DNA of 64,000 nt from a virus. This document shows, piece after piece, positions 18,588-29,100 of the stretch (position 1 is the first letter of the stretch; each line of letters opens with the position of its first letter). The stretch spans positions 17,499 to 81,498 of the IMG/VR virus record IMGVR_UViG_3300002219_000003; one strand, written 5' to 3'. Position numbers and translations under genes: made by a program. The notes beneath the pieces are model-generated. The model made no database searches, was not told the DNA's origin, and saw only the letters and a list, made by a program, of their open reading frames with translations.

Positions 18588-21500
18588 ATGAAGCACTTAA
18601 ATACTTTTAGTAAAGGATTAAACCTGGATACTGATAGAACAGTATATCCAAAGGAGAGTTATCCCTTTGCTAAAAATTTAAGAATGGTTTCAGAGGAAGA
18701 GCATACCTCATATACTCTAAGTAATATTAAGGAAACTCTTTCTGTTACAAATGGACTAAGTGCTATTCATAAGGTAGTTGGACTAATTACTGTAGAAGAA
18801 AATTTAATTGTATTTATAAAAGATACCACCCCAAACTCCCTAGATTACATATGTAAAGTTCCAATTGCTGATATAGAGGATGGTGTATTGACAGGAGACA
18901 ATATTATCTCTTCCTATACTTATGAAAAGGCTCTGTTTGACTTTGATGATGAGGTTTATCCTGTAGCAAAGGTAGAATCAGATACCATAAAAAAGGTATA
19001 CTGGATAGATAAGAATAACCCTTTAAGGGTTATTAATTTAGTAACTCCTCTAAATTCACAAGATCCTACTTCTTTTAATGTTATTAAGAAATCTGAATTA
19101 TACTCTCCTAGGTTACATGAGATTATAGGGGGTTCCTTAAAAACAGGAATATACCAGTATGCCTACTGCTTATACCAGCAGAATGGTTCAGAGACTATTT
19201 ATAGTGGGGCTACCTCTCTTATACCCTTATCCACATCTTCCTTAAATGAAACTGATTCAAGAAATTTTAGGGGTAGTGTATCAGGGGAGATAAGTGGTAA
19301 GGGCGTAAGAGTAATAGCATGGATTGACCCTGCTATGAAAATACTATATGAGAATATAAGATTAATACGTCTATACTACTCCACACAGGAAAGTTCTCCA
19401 GAGATAGATATAGTATATGAAGGTAAATACTATCCTGATGCTACAGATAACCATATCATACTAACAGATACTGGTAGTGTTTCTCTAGGAACTTTAACAC
19501 TGGAGGATTACAGGTATTTCCCTTTACTACTCTCTGCCTCTACACTAGAAACAAAAAATGATTACTTGCTACCTGGTAATGTAAAGGAATCTTCTTTTGA
19601 TTTGGATGTTGACATGAGAGCATATAGGTTTAATTCCAGTAAACTTGCCTACTTGTATAATGACTTACCTGGTAGTGTTACTGATACTCCTGATTATACT
19701 TTGGATGCTTCACTGGTAGAACCAACCTGGGATGATATTCCTAGTGGTATAGCCCCTATACAAACCTGCCATAATATTAAGTTGGATTCTTTAACTACAG
19801 GAACTAACCTTTTCATGTATCAATCTGACGGGGCTACAGTAGGAGGGGAAGGAAAGTATATAAGTTATAGATTTAATTTTAGAACAAGACCAATAAATCA
19901 GGTAGGTATAACTATAACAGGTAACTTTGGAAAGATTGGTACAAATAACTTTCAGGATACTACCAATCCAGTAATAGTACAGGAAAATTTAGGGTACCAG
20001 AGAAGTGAAATATACAGATTTGGTATAGTATTTTTTGATTCATATGGAAGACAGTCCTTTGTAAAATGGATAGGGGATATTAGATTTCCTGATGAAGGGT
20101 TCAGTACTAACTATCAGGTTGTAGCCTCATCCTATGAGATAAAAGATTTAATAATAGAATTTTCATTTAAGCAAAGTTTTTATGATGTACTGGTAAGTAA
20201 TGACATAAAATACTTCCAAATTGTAAGGGCGGAAAGAACATACCAGGATGCCACAGTAAAAGATTGTGGGTATGGGGCAAGTATAAAAAATTCTCCAGAG
20301 AGCAATGAAACTAATAGTGCATGTAGAAATATATACCATGAGGTTTCTTCAGAGGATTACCCAAGAATAGTTGACTATATAAGCCCAGAAACATATATCA
20401 ATAAAAATAATACTAATCCCTATGATAGAATAGATGTAGTAGCAGCAGTCAGAGAGCAGTCCCTTAAAAATAGTAATACAGGGAGTTATCAGACTATGAA
20501 TGTTGTAATGCAGGTTAGTAGGCAGGATTTTCAGTCATACTCCTTTCGTAGGGTCAATACTACCGATAAAATTGTTAAAATTGACTATAATGAAAAATTA
20601 AAATATACATCACTATCTGCTATAAGTAGTCATGTTTATGGAAGGAACTTTTCAAGTAGATTTAGAATTAAAGAATATCTAAGTTATTTTAATCTATCTC
20701 AAACAGGAACTACTTTACTTTTGGATACAGATGAGAACTGGATAAATAATGGTGTTTTTTCCTTTTCAGGTAAAGCAACATATATAAGAAGAAGAAGTTA
20801 TACTTACCCTTATGGGGGATATAGTATGAATGCTTTAATAGCTACTAAGTATTACCCTACATCTCCTGTAACCCATAGATTTTCTGCTCAACCTGGTACT
20901 TACATGTCAGTTACTGGAGGGGACTGTTTCATTGATTACTTTGAGTATTTAAGAGGAATTTGGTCACAGGATAAAGAAATTCTAGGAGGGTATAAAGGTG
21001 ACAGAAGGTATAGAAGAGGGGCACAGATATTTTATGGGTTAGTGGAAAGTAAAATTAATCCTAGATTTATCATAAATCCTACCATAGGTACTTTAGATGA
21101 TGGGACTATAATGGATTATGAAATGGGTTTACTATCAGATAGTAAGTATGCCTACCTGGCTATGAGAGAGACAAAAGGTGCTTACCATCTGACTGATCCA
21201 GATATAGATGGGCAAATAATTTATGAACAACCCTTTGATTTATATACGTACAATTCAGTATATTCAAAAACAGATATCTCTAAAGTTTACATAATGAAGC
21301 CTATGGATTTTAATCCTTCCAGTAACCTATATATCAGGATTTACAGATCCAATAGGAAAATAAATGGAGAAAATTCTGATTCATGGAGTAAGGTATTACC
21401 TAATAATTTTATTGATGTAGATACCAAGTATGGAGAACTGGTTAAACTACTGAATTTCAATGATAGGCTAATGTTCTTTCAGGAACATGCAATTGGCATA

Positions 21501-22310
21501 CTTAGCATGGAAGAAAAAGAGGCAGTATCTACCAGTACTGGTAGTACATTGGGTATTGGTACAGGAACTGCTCTACAAAGGTATGATTACATAACTAACA
21601 TGAGCGGATGTAATAATCCTAAAGGAATTATTAATACCAGTGGTGCTATTTACTACATAGATACAAAGAATCAGAAACTTGCCTTACTAGGAGGAGAGGG
21701 GGTAGATTTTTTGTCAGATAAGTTAGGACTAAGAAATTTTTGTAAAGATGCTAATTTTACGGATATTGCTTTACTTTATAATCCTAACTATAATGAGGTG
21801 TGGTGGAGATTAGGGAATAAGACTGTCTCCTACAATGAATATATGGGTACTTTTATATCTTTTATAGACGAAACAAATTTTTCAAGAAGTATATTTCTAA
21901 ATACAAAGATGCTACTAGTAAAAGGTTTATATTCTTTTGGATTACTAGAACAGGAAACTATCTATAAGCCTGTTGAATTACATATCCTTGCAAATCCTAA
22001 TGGGGTAATAGTAAATAGGTATGACAGTATTCTTGTGAATAGTACTGCTACAAATTCTTCCAATGTAGTACAGGATACTACCTTTAGTAGTGTTGAACTT
22101 AGTAATGATCATCAGGAATCTCCTTTACTAGACTTTCAGAATGAATCTAGATTAAGATTTAGAACCTGGATATTTAATAACATGAGGGATAGTGCAGGAA
22201 TGAGATTTTACTCTGACCATTTACTTGAGAAGTTTCAGTTTACCAGTACAGATTTAAAATTTAAGGTACATGATATTATAACTAACTATGAACCTATAAA
22301 CTATAGGTAG
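18588..22310 (+). CDS. Tail stabilization/muzzle protein (P22 gp10-like, crAss type)
   Basis: 1240 aa; NTFSKGLNLD start, YWIDKNNPLRVIN, GIYQYAY, GYQRSEIYRFGIVF, WIGDIRFP. Confidence 0.85.
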   Translation: MKHLNTFSKGLNLDTDRTVYPKESYPFAKNLRMVSEEEHTSYTLSNIKETLSVTNGLSAIHKVVGLITVEENLIVFIKDTTPNSLDYICKVPIADIEDGVLTGDNIISSYTYEKALFDFDDEVYPVAKVESDTIKKVYWIDKNNPLRVINLVTPLNSQDPTSFNVIKKSELYSPRLHEIIGGSLKTGIYQYAYCLYQQNGSETIYSGATSLIPLSTSSLNETDSRNFRGSVSGEISGKGVRVIAWIDPAMKILYENIRLIRLYYSTQESSPEIDIVYEGKYYPDATDNHIILTDTGSVSLGTLTLEDYRYFPLLLSASTLETKNDYLLPGNVKESSFDLDVDMRAYRFNSSKLAYLYNDLPGSVTDTPDYTLDASLVEPTWDDIPSGIAPIQTCHNIKLDSLTTGTNLFMYQSDGATVGGEGKYISYRFNFRTRPINQVGITITGNFGKIGTNNFQDTTNPVIVQENLGYQRSEIYRFGIVFFDSYGRQSFVKWIGDIRFPDEGFSTNYQVVASSYEIKDLIIEFSFKQSFYDVLVSNDIKYFQIVRAERTYQDATVKDCGYGASIKNSPESNETNSACRNIYHEVSSEDYPRIVDYISPETYINKNNTNPYDRIDVVAAVREQSLKNSNTGSYQTMNVVMQVSRQDFQSYSFRRVNTTDKIVKIDYNEKLKYTSLSAISSHVYGRNFSSRFRIKEYLSYFNLSQTGTTLLLDTDENWINNGVFSFSGKATYIRRRSYTYPYGGYSMNALIATKYYPTSPVTHRFSAQPGTYMSVTGGDCFIDYFEYLRGIWSQDKEILGGYKGDRRYRRGAQIFYGLVESKINPRFIINPTIGTLDDGTIMDYEMGLLSDSKYAYLAMRETKGAYHLTDPDIDGQIIYEQPFDLYTYNSVYSKTDISKVYIMKPMDFNPSSNLYIRIYRSNRKINGENSDSWSKVLPNNFIDVDTKYGELVKLLNFNDRLMFFQEHAIGILSMEEKEAVSTSTGSTLGIGTGTALQRYDYITNMSGCNNPKGIINTSGAIYYIDTKNQKLALLGGEGVDFLSDKLGLRNFCKDANFTDIALLYNPNYNEVWWRLGNKTVSYNEYMGTFISFIDETNFSRSIFLNTKMLLVKGLYSFGLLEQETIYKPVELHILANPNGVIVNRYDSILVNSTATNSSNVVQDTTFSSVELSNDHQESPLLDFQNESRLRFRTWIFNNMRDSAGMRFYSDHLLEKFQFTSTDLKFKVHDIITNYEPINYR

Positions 22311-22316
22311 CATAAA

Positions 22317-22348
22317 GTTGTATATTACAATTTAATTTACTATCTTTG
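22317..22348 (+). promoter_or_regulatory. Bacteroidetes sigma-A-type promoter
   Basis: GTTG-N20-TATCTTTG. Confidence 0.6.
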
Positions 22349-22359
22349 CTTAATATTTT

Positions 22360-24186
22360 ATGGTTATGGCTACAAGAAAAAAACCCAGTTTAGGAAATAT
22401 AGGAGGACAGAAAAGACCTCTTTCCTATGAAAAGTTAATGAGTGTAACAGGAGGGAAGACTTTAGATGAGATATCTGAAGATGAATGGTATGATCTTGGC
22501 TTACATAAGTTAGGATTTGGTAGTTGGCTAGGAAGAAATGCTCTGAATTTAGGTCAGGTTGCCTTAGGTACAGGGTTATCCTTCATTAATCCAGCAATAG
22601 GAGTACCTATGGTAACATCTGGAGTTACAGGAATGGCTTCAGATGTACAGGAACAAAAGAATATAAAAGAGCAAAATGTTACTACTCAGCAACAGCAGAG
22701 AGATTTAGAATTACAAAACTTAAATAACCAAATAAGGAATAATCCTAACTATACCAGTAACCTATCTCCTGTTATGGCTTATGGGGGAACTACAAACTAT
22801 GAAGGTCAAACCCATGAGGGAGTAAATGGGGGTATTCCTATAGATGCTATAGGTAATCCTGTAAAGGGAAAACCTACTGCACTAGTAGAAAATAAGGAGG
22901 TAGGTATAGATCTAGGACCAGAACTTGGAACCTATGTGTTCTCAGATAGGTTACTCTTAAATGATAAAAGAAGTTTTGCTAAGGAAGCAAGAAGGATACA
23001 GAATAAGTATAAACTACATGCTAAGAAAGTAGGAGGAACATTTAAGGTAACAGATCCTATATCCATAAAGGGTTATAATGATGATATGGCAAAACTAATA
23101 GAGAAACAGGAAGTTCTTAGGGATGCCATATCAGGAGAACAAGGTTCTCCCACTCAGGATATGGCTGCAAGTACCATTCAAGGGGTTCCTGTTCCTGATG
23201 AAAGTGTTCCTATGGCTAAATCAGGTATTTATATTAAACCTTCCAAGAGGGGAACTTTTAAAGCACAGGCTACCAGGATGGGCATGTCTGTTCAGGAAGT
23301 AGCAAGGCATATACTGGCACATCCTGAAAAGTATAGTTCTGCCATGAGAAAAAAGGCTAACTTTGCCAGAAACTTTGCTAAGCAAGATGGAGGTATTACT
23401 ACTCCTTATACAGGAATGACAGCAGGTCAAACCATAGGAAGTATGGTACCAGGAGTACTATCAGGAGTAGCAAATATCTGGAGATCAAGACAAAGAAATC
23501 CTTATGAGTCCATATCCTTACCCACCATTCAGGCTCAAACCTTAAATTTAGAACCTGAAAGAGCAGCACTAAGAGAGCAGGGTAATGTAACAGAAGCAAA
23601 TATATCAAGGAATTTACTGGCTGCTGCTCCTACTGCTGGAGAATATATGGCTAATATGATTAATGCTAATACTGCTGTTAGGAGAGGATTAGGGCAAGAA
23701 CTATCCAGAAGTTACCTAAATGAGGCACAGTATAATGCCCAGGCTATACAGCAGGCTGATTTAGCAAATGCAGATATAAGAACAGAGGAGGCAATGTATA
23801 ATGCCCAACTGGAAAATGTCTGGAAAGAAAGAAATGATCAATTGGTTAATGCTGGATTAAGCCAGATAGGACAAGGTATTACAGGTGCTATTGGTCAACA
23901 GCAACAGTCAAGAAAAGACACCATGATGCTAGGAATGATGAATCCAGACTATGAGATTACCCAAACCATTCCAGAAGGAAATTGGTTAAAGAGAAATTTT
24001 GGTAGAAGGGAAATAGATATAAATCTAAGACCAGAAGTAAAAAAAAGAATACTAAGAGAACTAGCAATGAAAGAAAAAGCATTAGGAATAACAAGTACAA
24101 AACCAATAAATGAAAAACCAGATATATCTACTTTAGATCCTTACCGTTATTCAGATGCTATGCTCTATAAAGATTTTTATTGGTAA
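22360..24186 (+). CDS. crAss-like cargo/ejection protein
   Basis: MAYGG...THEGVNGG...VENKE...YVFSDRL; GIYIKPSKRGTF...KKANFARNF module; A/Q/G-rich helices. Confidence 0.7.
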   Translation: MVMATRKKPSLGNIGGQKRPLSYEKLMSVTGGKTLDEISEDEWYDLGLHKLGFGSWLGRNALNLGQVALGTGLSFINPAIGVPMVTSGVTGMASDVQEQKNIKEQNVTTQQQQRDLELQNLNNQIRNNPNYTSNLSPVMAYGGTTNYEGQTHEGVNGGIPIDAIGNPVKGKPTALVENKEVGIDLGPELGTYVFSDRLLLNDKRSFAKEARRIQNKYKLHAKKVGGTFKVTDPISIKGYNDDMAKLIEKQEVLRDAISGEQGSPTQDMAASTIQGVPVPDESVPMAKSGIYIKPSKRGTFKAQATRMGMSVQEVARHILAHPEKYSSAMRKKANFARNFAKQDGGITTPYTGMTAGQTIGSMVPGVLSGVANIWRSRQRNPYESISLPTIQAQTLNLEPERAALREQGNVTEANISRNLLAAAPTAGEYMANMINANTAVRRGLGQELSRSYLNEAQYNAQAIQQADLANADIRTEEAMYNAQLENVWKERNDQLVNAGLSQIGQGITGAIGQQQQSRKDTMMLGMMNPDYEITQTIPEGNWLKRNFGRREIDINLRPEVKKRILRELAMKEKALGITSTKPINEKPDISTLDPYRYSDAMLYKDFYW

Positions 24187-24209
24187 TAAAAATACAATTT
24201 GAATCAACC

Positions 24210-26165
24210 ATGGCAAGACCTAGAAATAATTCCTCTTATGACCAAAATTATGAATACTATTCAGGAAATTATAATCCTGGAATTGTAGATTTTGGTCAAC
24301 TTAATTTCTATAATCCTAAAGACACAGAATTTCTAGCACAGATAAGTGCTAATAGACAGCAAAGATATGATGTTGCCCAAGGAGAATTGGCTAAGCATCT
24401 TGAAAGAATGAGTGCTGCTGATTTTTCTGCTCTTCCCTTAGATGTTAGACAGCAGTTGGAGTATGAACTGGATAAGAACATTGCCAATGTATATGAGAAT
24501 GTGGTAACTAATTATGATTCAGATTTTGGAAGAGCACTACCTGAAATAAATAATGCTCTAGCAAAAGATAGAAAATTACTGTATGAAGGAGAACAGGAGA
24601 ATAAGAGGTATGCTCAGGCTTTAGCAGAGTATCAGTCTTTAAGTGCTCAGGGTAAAGCACCCAGAGTAATAGAGTATGATGAAGATACTAAGAGTTTTAC
24701 TCCTAGAACTATTTCCTTTGAGGAATACCATTACTTACCTACCTTTGATGAAAAAGGTAAATTTGTACCAGGAGTATATAATCCACTAAGAGGAGCAGGA
24801 GAACATGAACAATTTATAAAAACTAATTTCTCAAATGAAATTTCTAATATAGTTAAAAGTATAACTCCTAAGTTAACAACTAGAGAAGGTATTGATTTTC
24901 TAAAAAGTGGAAGTGTAAAAGGATTAAGTGAAAAAGAAATAAAAAAGAGAATATTTGATGATGAAGGAAATTTAACTGTTAAAGGAAAACAGATGGTAGA
25001 AACTTTTAGGAATTCCCCACAGGCAGAAGTAGAATTTGGAAAATACTACCATGATGATAAAGCATTAGGAAAATATTTGGTAGATGTAATAAGTTCACAG
25101 GTATATCAAAGTGTAATAGATAACTACTCTACCTATACTAAACCTTCTAATGGATCTTCAAATTTAGGTTTACTGTCAAATACTATTGCACGCATACCTT
25201 TTGGGACAATAAAACCAAGTGAAAGACCAAGAGTATCTAAAGAAAAAACTTTTGTGGGGAAATTTTTGGAAAAGGCTTTAGGTACTGATAAATCAGCAAG
25301 TGGAGAACCTCTTGGTCCAGGTGGTACTCCAACAGGCTGGATGTTTAGTGATACAGAAGAAAAAAAGAAATCTGAAACTATAGATTTTTATACAACACGC
25401 TATAGAGATGCTATGAATATATTACTAAAGAAGAAAGGATATGGAGATATAGAAAAAGCAATCCCAGAACAAAAGATAGAAGCAGCAAAAGATTTATCAT
25501 CATACCTAGATGCAAAGTCAACAGGAACTCGTCATATCTTTAATATAATGGATCCTGTTGTAAATGAATATATAGTAGATGGAATACTTAGTACTTTATA
25601 TAGAAGTTCTGATAGGAAAGGTAAAAATATATTTGATGAACTAAAAGGGGATGGTAGTGTAAAGAATAGAAATGTAAGTTTACCTGATAAGAAAAAAATA
25701 ATTAGTGTAGGTGTAGATCCTTTAGGAGCAGGATTTATATTTAATACTGAAGATGGTGCATATAGGCTTAGTTTATATGAGGAAGATGATCCTTATGCAG
25801 TTCAATCTCCTACTGCTAAAGGAATTAATATGCACGAATCTGTACAAGCAATTAATCTTGATATGTTTGATATGTCTTCCTTATTTGTAAATGGTGTTAC
25901 AAAGGAAAACAGCAGTATGTTTTATGCAAGGGTTAATGAGGTAATAGAAACAGAAAGTGGTCCAATAGAGGTAAAGCCAGTTTATATTCTTGAATCTGAC
26001 TATAAGGATCCAAGGATGGATAGAATAGTAAAGGTATATGTAGATCCTAATAATTTTGAAGCAGTGCCTATACCTCCTAGATACTATAATACCATGGATG
26101 AAGCTTTAGATTCTTATTTACAAAACTTAGCAATCCTTCTTAACCCTCTTAGCAGAGGAATGTAA
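24210..26165 (+). CDS. crAss-like cargo/internal virion protein
   Basis: ORF 24180-26165, likely ATG at 24210; lies in the cargo cluster. Confidence 0.6.
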   Translation: MARPRNNSSYDQNYEYYSGNYNPGIVDFGQLNFYNPKDTEFLAQISANRQQRYDVAQGELAKHLERMSAADFSALPLDVRQQLEYELDKNIANVYENVVTNYDSDFGRALPEINNALAKDRKLLYEGEQENKRYAQALAEYQSLSAQGKAPRVIEYDEDTKSFTPRTISFEEYHYLPTFDEKGKFVPGVYNPLRGAGEHEQFIKTNFSNEISNIVKSITPKLTTREGIDFLKSGSVKGLSEKEIKKRIFDDEGNLTVKGKQMVETFRNSPQAEVEFGKYYHDDKALGKYLVDVISSQVYQSVIDNYSTYTKPSNGSSNLGLLSNTIARIPFGTIKPSERPRVSKEKTFVGKFLEKALGTDKSASGEPLGPGGTPTGWMFSDTEEKKKSETIDFYTTRYRDAMNILLKKKGYGDIEKAIPEQKIEAAKDLSSYLDAKSTGTRHIFNIMDPVVNEYIVDGILSTLYRSSDRKGKNIFDELKGDGSVKNRNVSLPDKKKIISVGVDPLGAGFIFNTEDGAYRLSLYEEDDPYAVQSPTAKGINMHESVQAINLDMFDMSSLFVNGVTKENSSMFYARVNEVIETESGPIEVKPVYILESDYKDPRMDRIVKVYVDPNNFEAVPIPPRYYNTMDEALDSYLQNLAILLNPLSRGM

Positions 26166-26177
26166 TAATTAAAATAT

Positions 26178-29100
26178 ATGCAGGAATACGAAGAATATGA
26201 AAATTACCCTGGAGAAGAGATTCCAATAACTTACTCTGGAAGAAAACTATCCAAACAGGATATAAAAAATATTAGGCTTGCTAAAGCCATTCAACTGGAG
26301 AAACAGTATGCTTCCTCTTTTCCAGCATTTCGCCCTAACTACTACCCATATCTAGATGAAGAAGGAAAGGTAGATTTATCTAAGGTATCCAGGTATGATA
26401 AGGGGGCACCCCCAATGGATTTGTATGGGTACTACGATATAAATAAGTATAGAGCATACCAACAAACTGCACTTGAGCAGTTTGGATCATTTTTAAATCA
26501 GGCTGTTATTGGAGAAGCAGTAGGAGGAACAATACAGGCAGTTGGTTCTGTACTGGCTTTACCAGAAGTATTACAAGGAGATTTTGATATAGATAATCCA
26601 GTATATAAGATAGGAAAATCTTTGGTAGAATGGTCAAGAGAGGCAACCCCTATATATCAAACAGGAAAAAGGTTTGCTGATCCTGGATACTGGTTTCAAG
26701 GAATGGTAAGTGCAGCTAGTACTGCCTCTTTTTTAATTCCTGGAGGAGTAGCATACAAGGGAATTAAAGGATTAGGTAAACTTGCTGGACTATCCAGAAC
26801 AACTTCAGAGATGTTAGGAGTAGGAGCATCATCATTAATGTCCAGACATGTGGAAGGACTTAGAGAAAGTAATGATTTATATGATAGAAATGTAGAAAAA
26901 CTAAATTACATATGGCGTACTGGAGCATTTCCTGAGGATGCTAAAAGTAAAAATCCAGAACTATATAGACTATATACTGAAAAGCAAAGATTACTACAAG
27001 AACTTGAGGTGAAATATGATGAACAGGGATTACCAGTACAAGAACCTGTACCTAATGTTAATACAAATGAGATAAAAGCAATAGATGATAAAGCACAGTC
27101 TTTAATTAATATATATTCAAATATAGGTGCTAGAACTACCTATTTAATGGATTACACCAACCTGATATTTGATGTTATTCAAATGGGTGCTCTGGTAAAG
27201 ATATCCCAAAAACTCACTAGACCTATTAGTAAGAGTATTCCTACTAAACTTTTAGAGACTGAAAAGGGTGTTATAGGAATGAAGGAAATTGCTGAAAGAT
27301 CTATTCCTAAAAACTGGTGGGGAAAAACCTTTAGTACAGCCTATAGGGTAGGAGAAGATATTTTTCCCCAGGTTTCTGAAGGTTTAGAGGAAGTTATAAA
27401 TGAGATAGCATCTGCTGAGGGTGAAAGAACTACAGATTTAGTATCAGGAATAGCAGTAGATGATGGGAGTACCTTTGGGGAAAGAGTATTTGACTATTTA
27501 GGTCGTCCAGAAACTATGGATGCTTTTATATTTGGAACTTTAGGAGGAGTAGCCTTTCAGTCCATAGGACACATGGTGGGATTTGGAGGGGATAAGGATA
27601 TAGTAAATAGAAAGATAGCAGAGACAATTAGTAGAGATAAGAGTTTAAAGAAGGTAGCAGCAGATATATCAGAAGTAGTAACTGATTCTAAACTAAGTGA
27701 AGAAGCAAAGAAAAGTAAGATACAGAATTTAGCCTATAGAACTGGATTTGAAATGGGTATTAATGCTTCCCTGAATAATAATATGGACAGGGTAGAGAAG
27801 CATCTAAAATCTCAAGGCTTAATTAAGGATTTGGTAAGTTTAAAGATGGGAGATGAGGAAACTGTTTCATCCATTGTTAGTACTATATGGGAAGGAGCCA
27901 AAGCAGCAGAGACAAATTTCAGCAGATATTTTTCCATAGTAAGGGAGAGAAGGCTTAGTGATTCTGGTAAGATATCCTTGGCTACAGATCTAGCAAGTTT
28001 ACATGACCATGTTATTAGGATGGGCAAGGAAAGAAATAGTATAATTGGTAAGATAAATGAATTTGAGAATGAGAATAAGGATATATTTGGAGAAATGTCC
28101 CCATTAGAAAAACTAATGGTAAAAGAGTTATCCATAAATATAGCCTTAAAAGAAGTACAAGAACATGGTAAAGATATAACTGTAAGTGAAGATGTTCACA
28201 CTTTACACTCTGAGATGGAGAAATACCTGAAGGATGAACTTTTCAATGTAGCAGAACAGATAAGAACTTTTGAAGTAAAACTTAGTGAAGATTTAGGAAG
28301 TAAGAAAACTAAGGAAGGAATAGAACAGGTAAGAGAATCTTTTAATAATGTCCTTAAAAAAGGATTGGCAGAATATACCTCTGTATACTACTTACTGGCT
28401 GCCAATGAACAGGTATATAGGAATAAATTGGCAGAACTACTCAAAGAGGAAAATCAAAAGAAGTATGCAGAAGACTTTGAAAAGAAAGTAAAGGAGCAAA
28501 AAGAACAACAGGCAGAAGCAGTAAAACAACATAAGTATAATAAAAATAAGGAAAAGGTAAAAAGTACTGCAACTGGTGCAAAAATTGCAACAGTTGAAGA
28601 GACTGAAGAGGCTAGTAAAACAGAAGGTGTTACAGAAGGAACTCCTAAAGAAGTTTCAGAAGAAGAACTTTCTCAGAAAGAGGTTCCTACAGAAGAAATA
28701 CCTAAAGAAAAAGCAAAGAAAGAAGGAACAGAAAGAGTAGAAGAAACAGAAGAGACTACTTCAGAAGTAGGTGAAGAAGAGGTAAAAGAAATTGTAAAGG
28801 ATTTACCTGATGGAGTAATTGAAAAGTCCCCCTATGAGATTATAGGTAATAGAGTCTTTAAGAATGGAAAGAAAGTAGAAAATCCTAATAAACTATTTAC
28901 TACTTCTGAGATTGTTTTAGATGATCTTATTAAAGATTACTTAGATAAAAAAATACCCTTAGAGGATTATTTAAGACTATCTGAAAAAGGAATATCTGAT
29001 GCTAAGGATAGGTATGTTGCTAATTCTAAAATAAAGAAAGAATCAGAGAATTTAAAGAATGAGTATACTGAAAAGGAGCAATCAGACAGTGAACTTAGTG

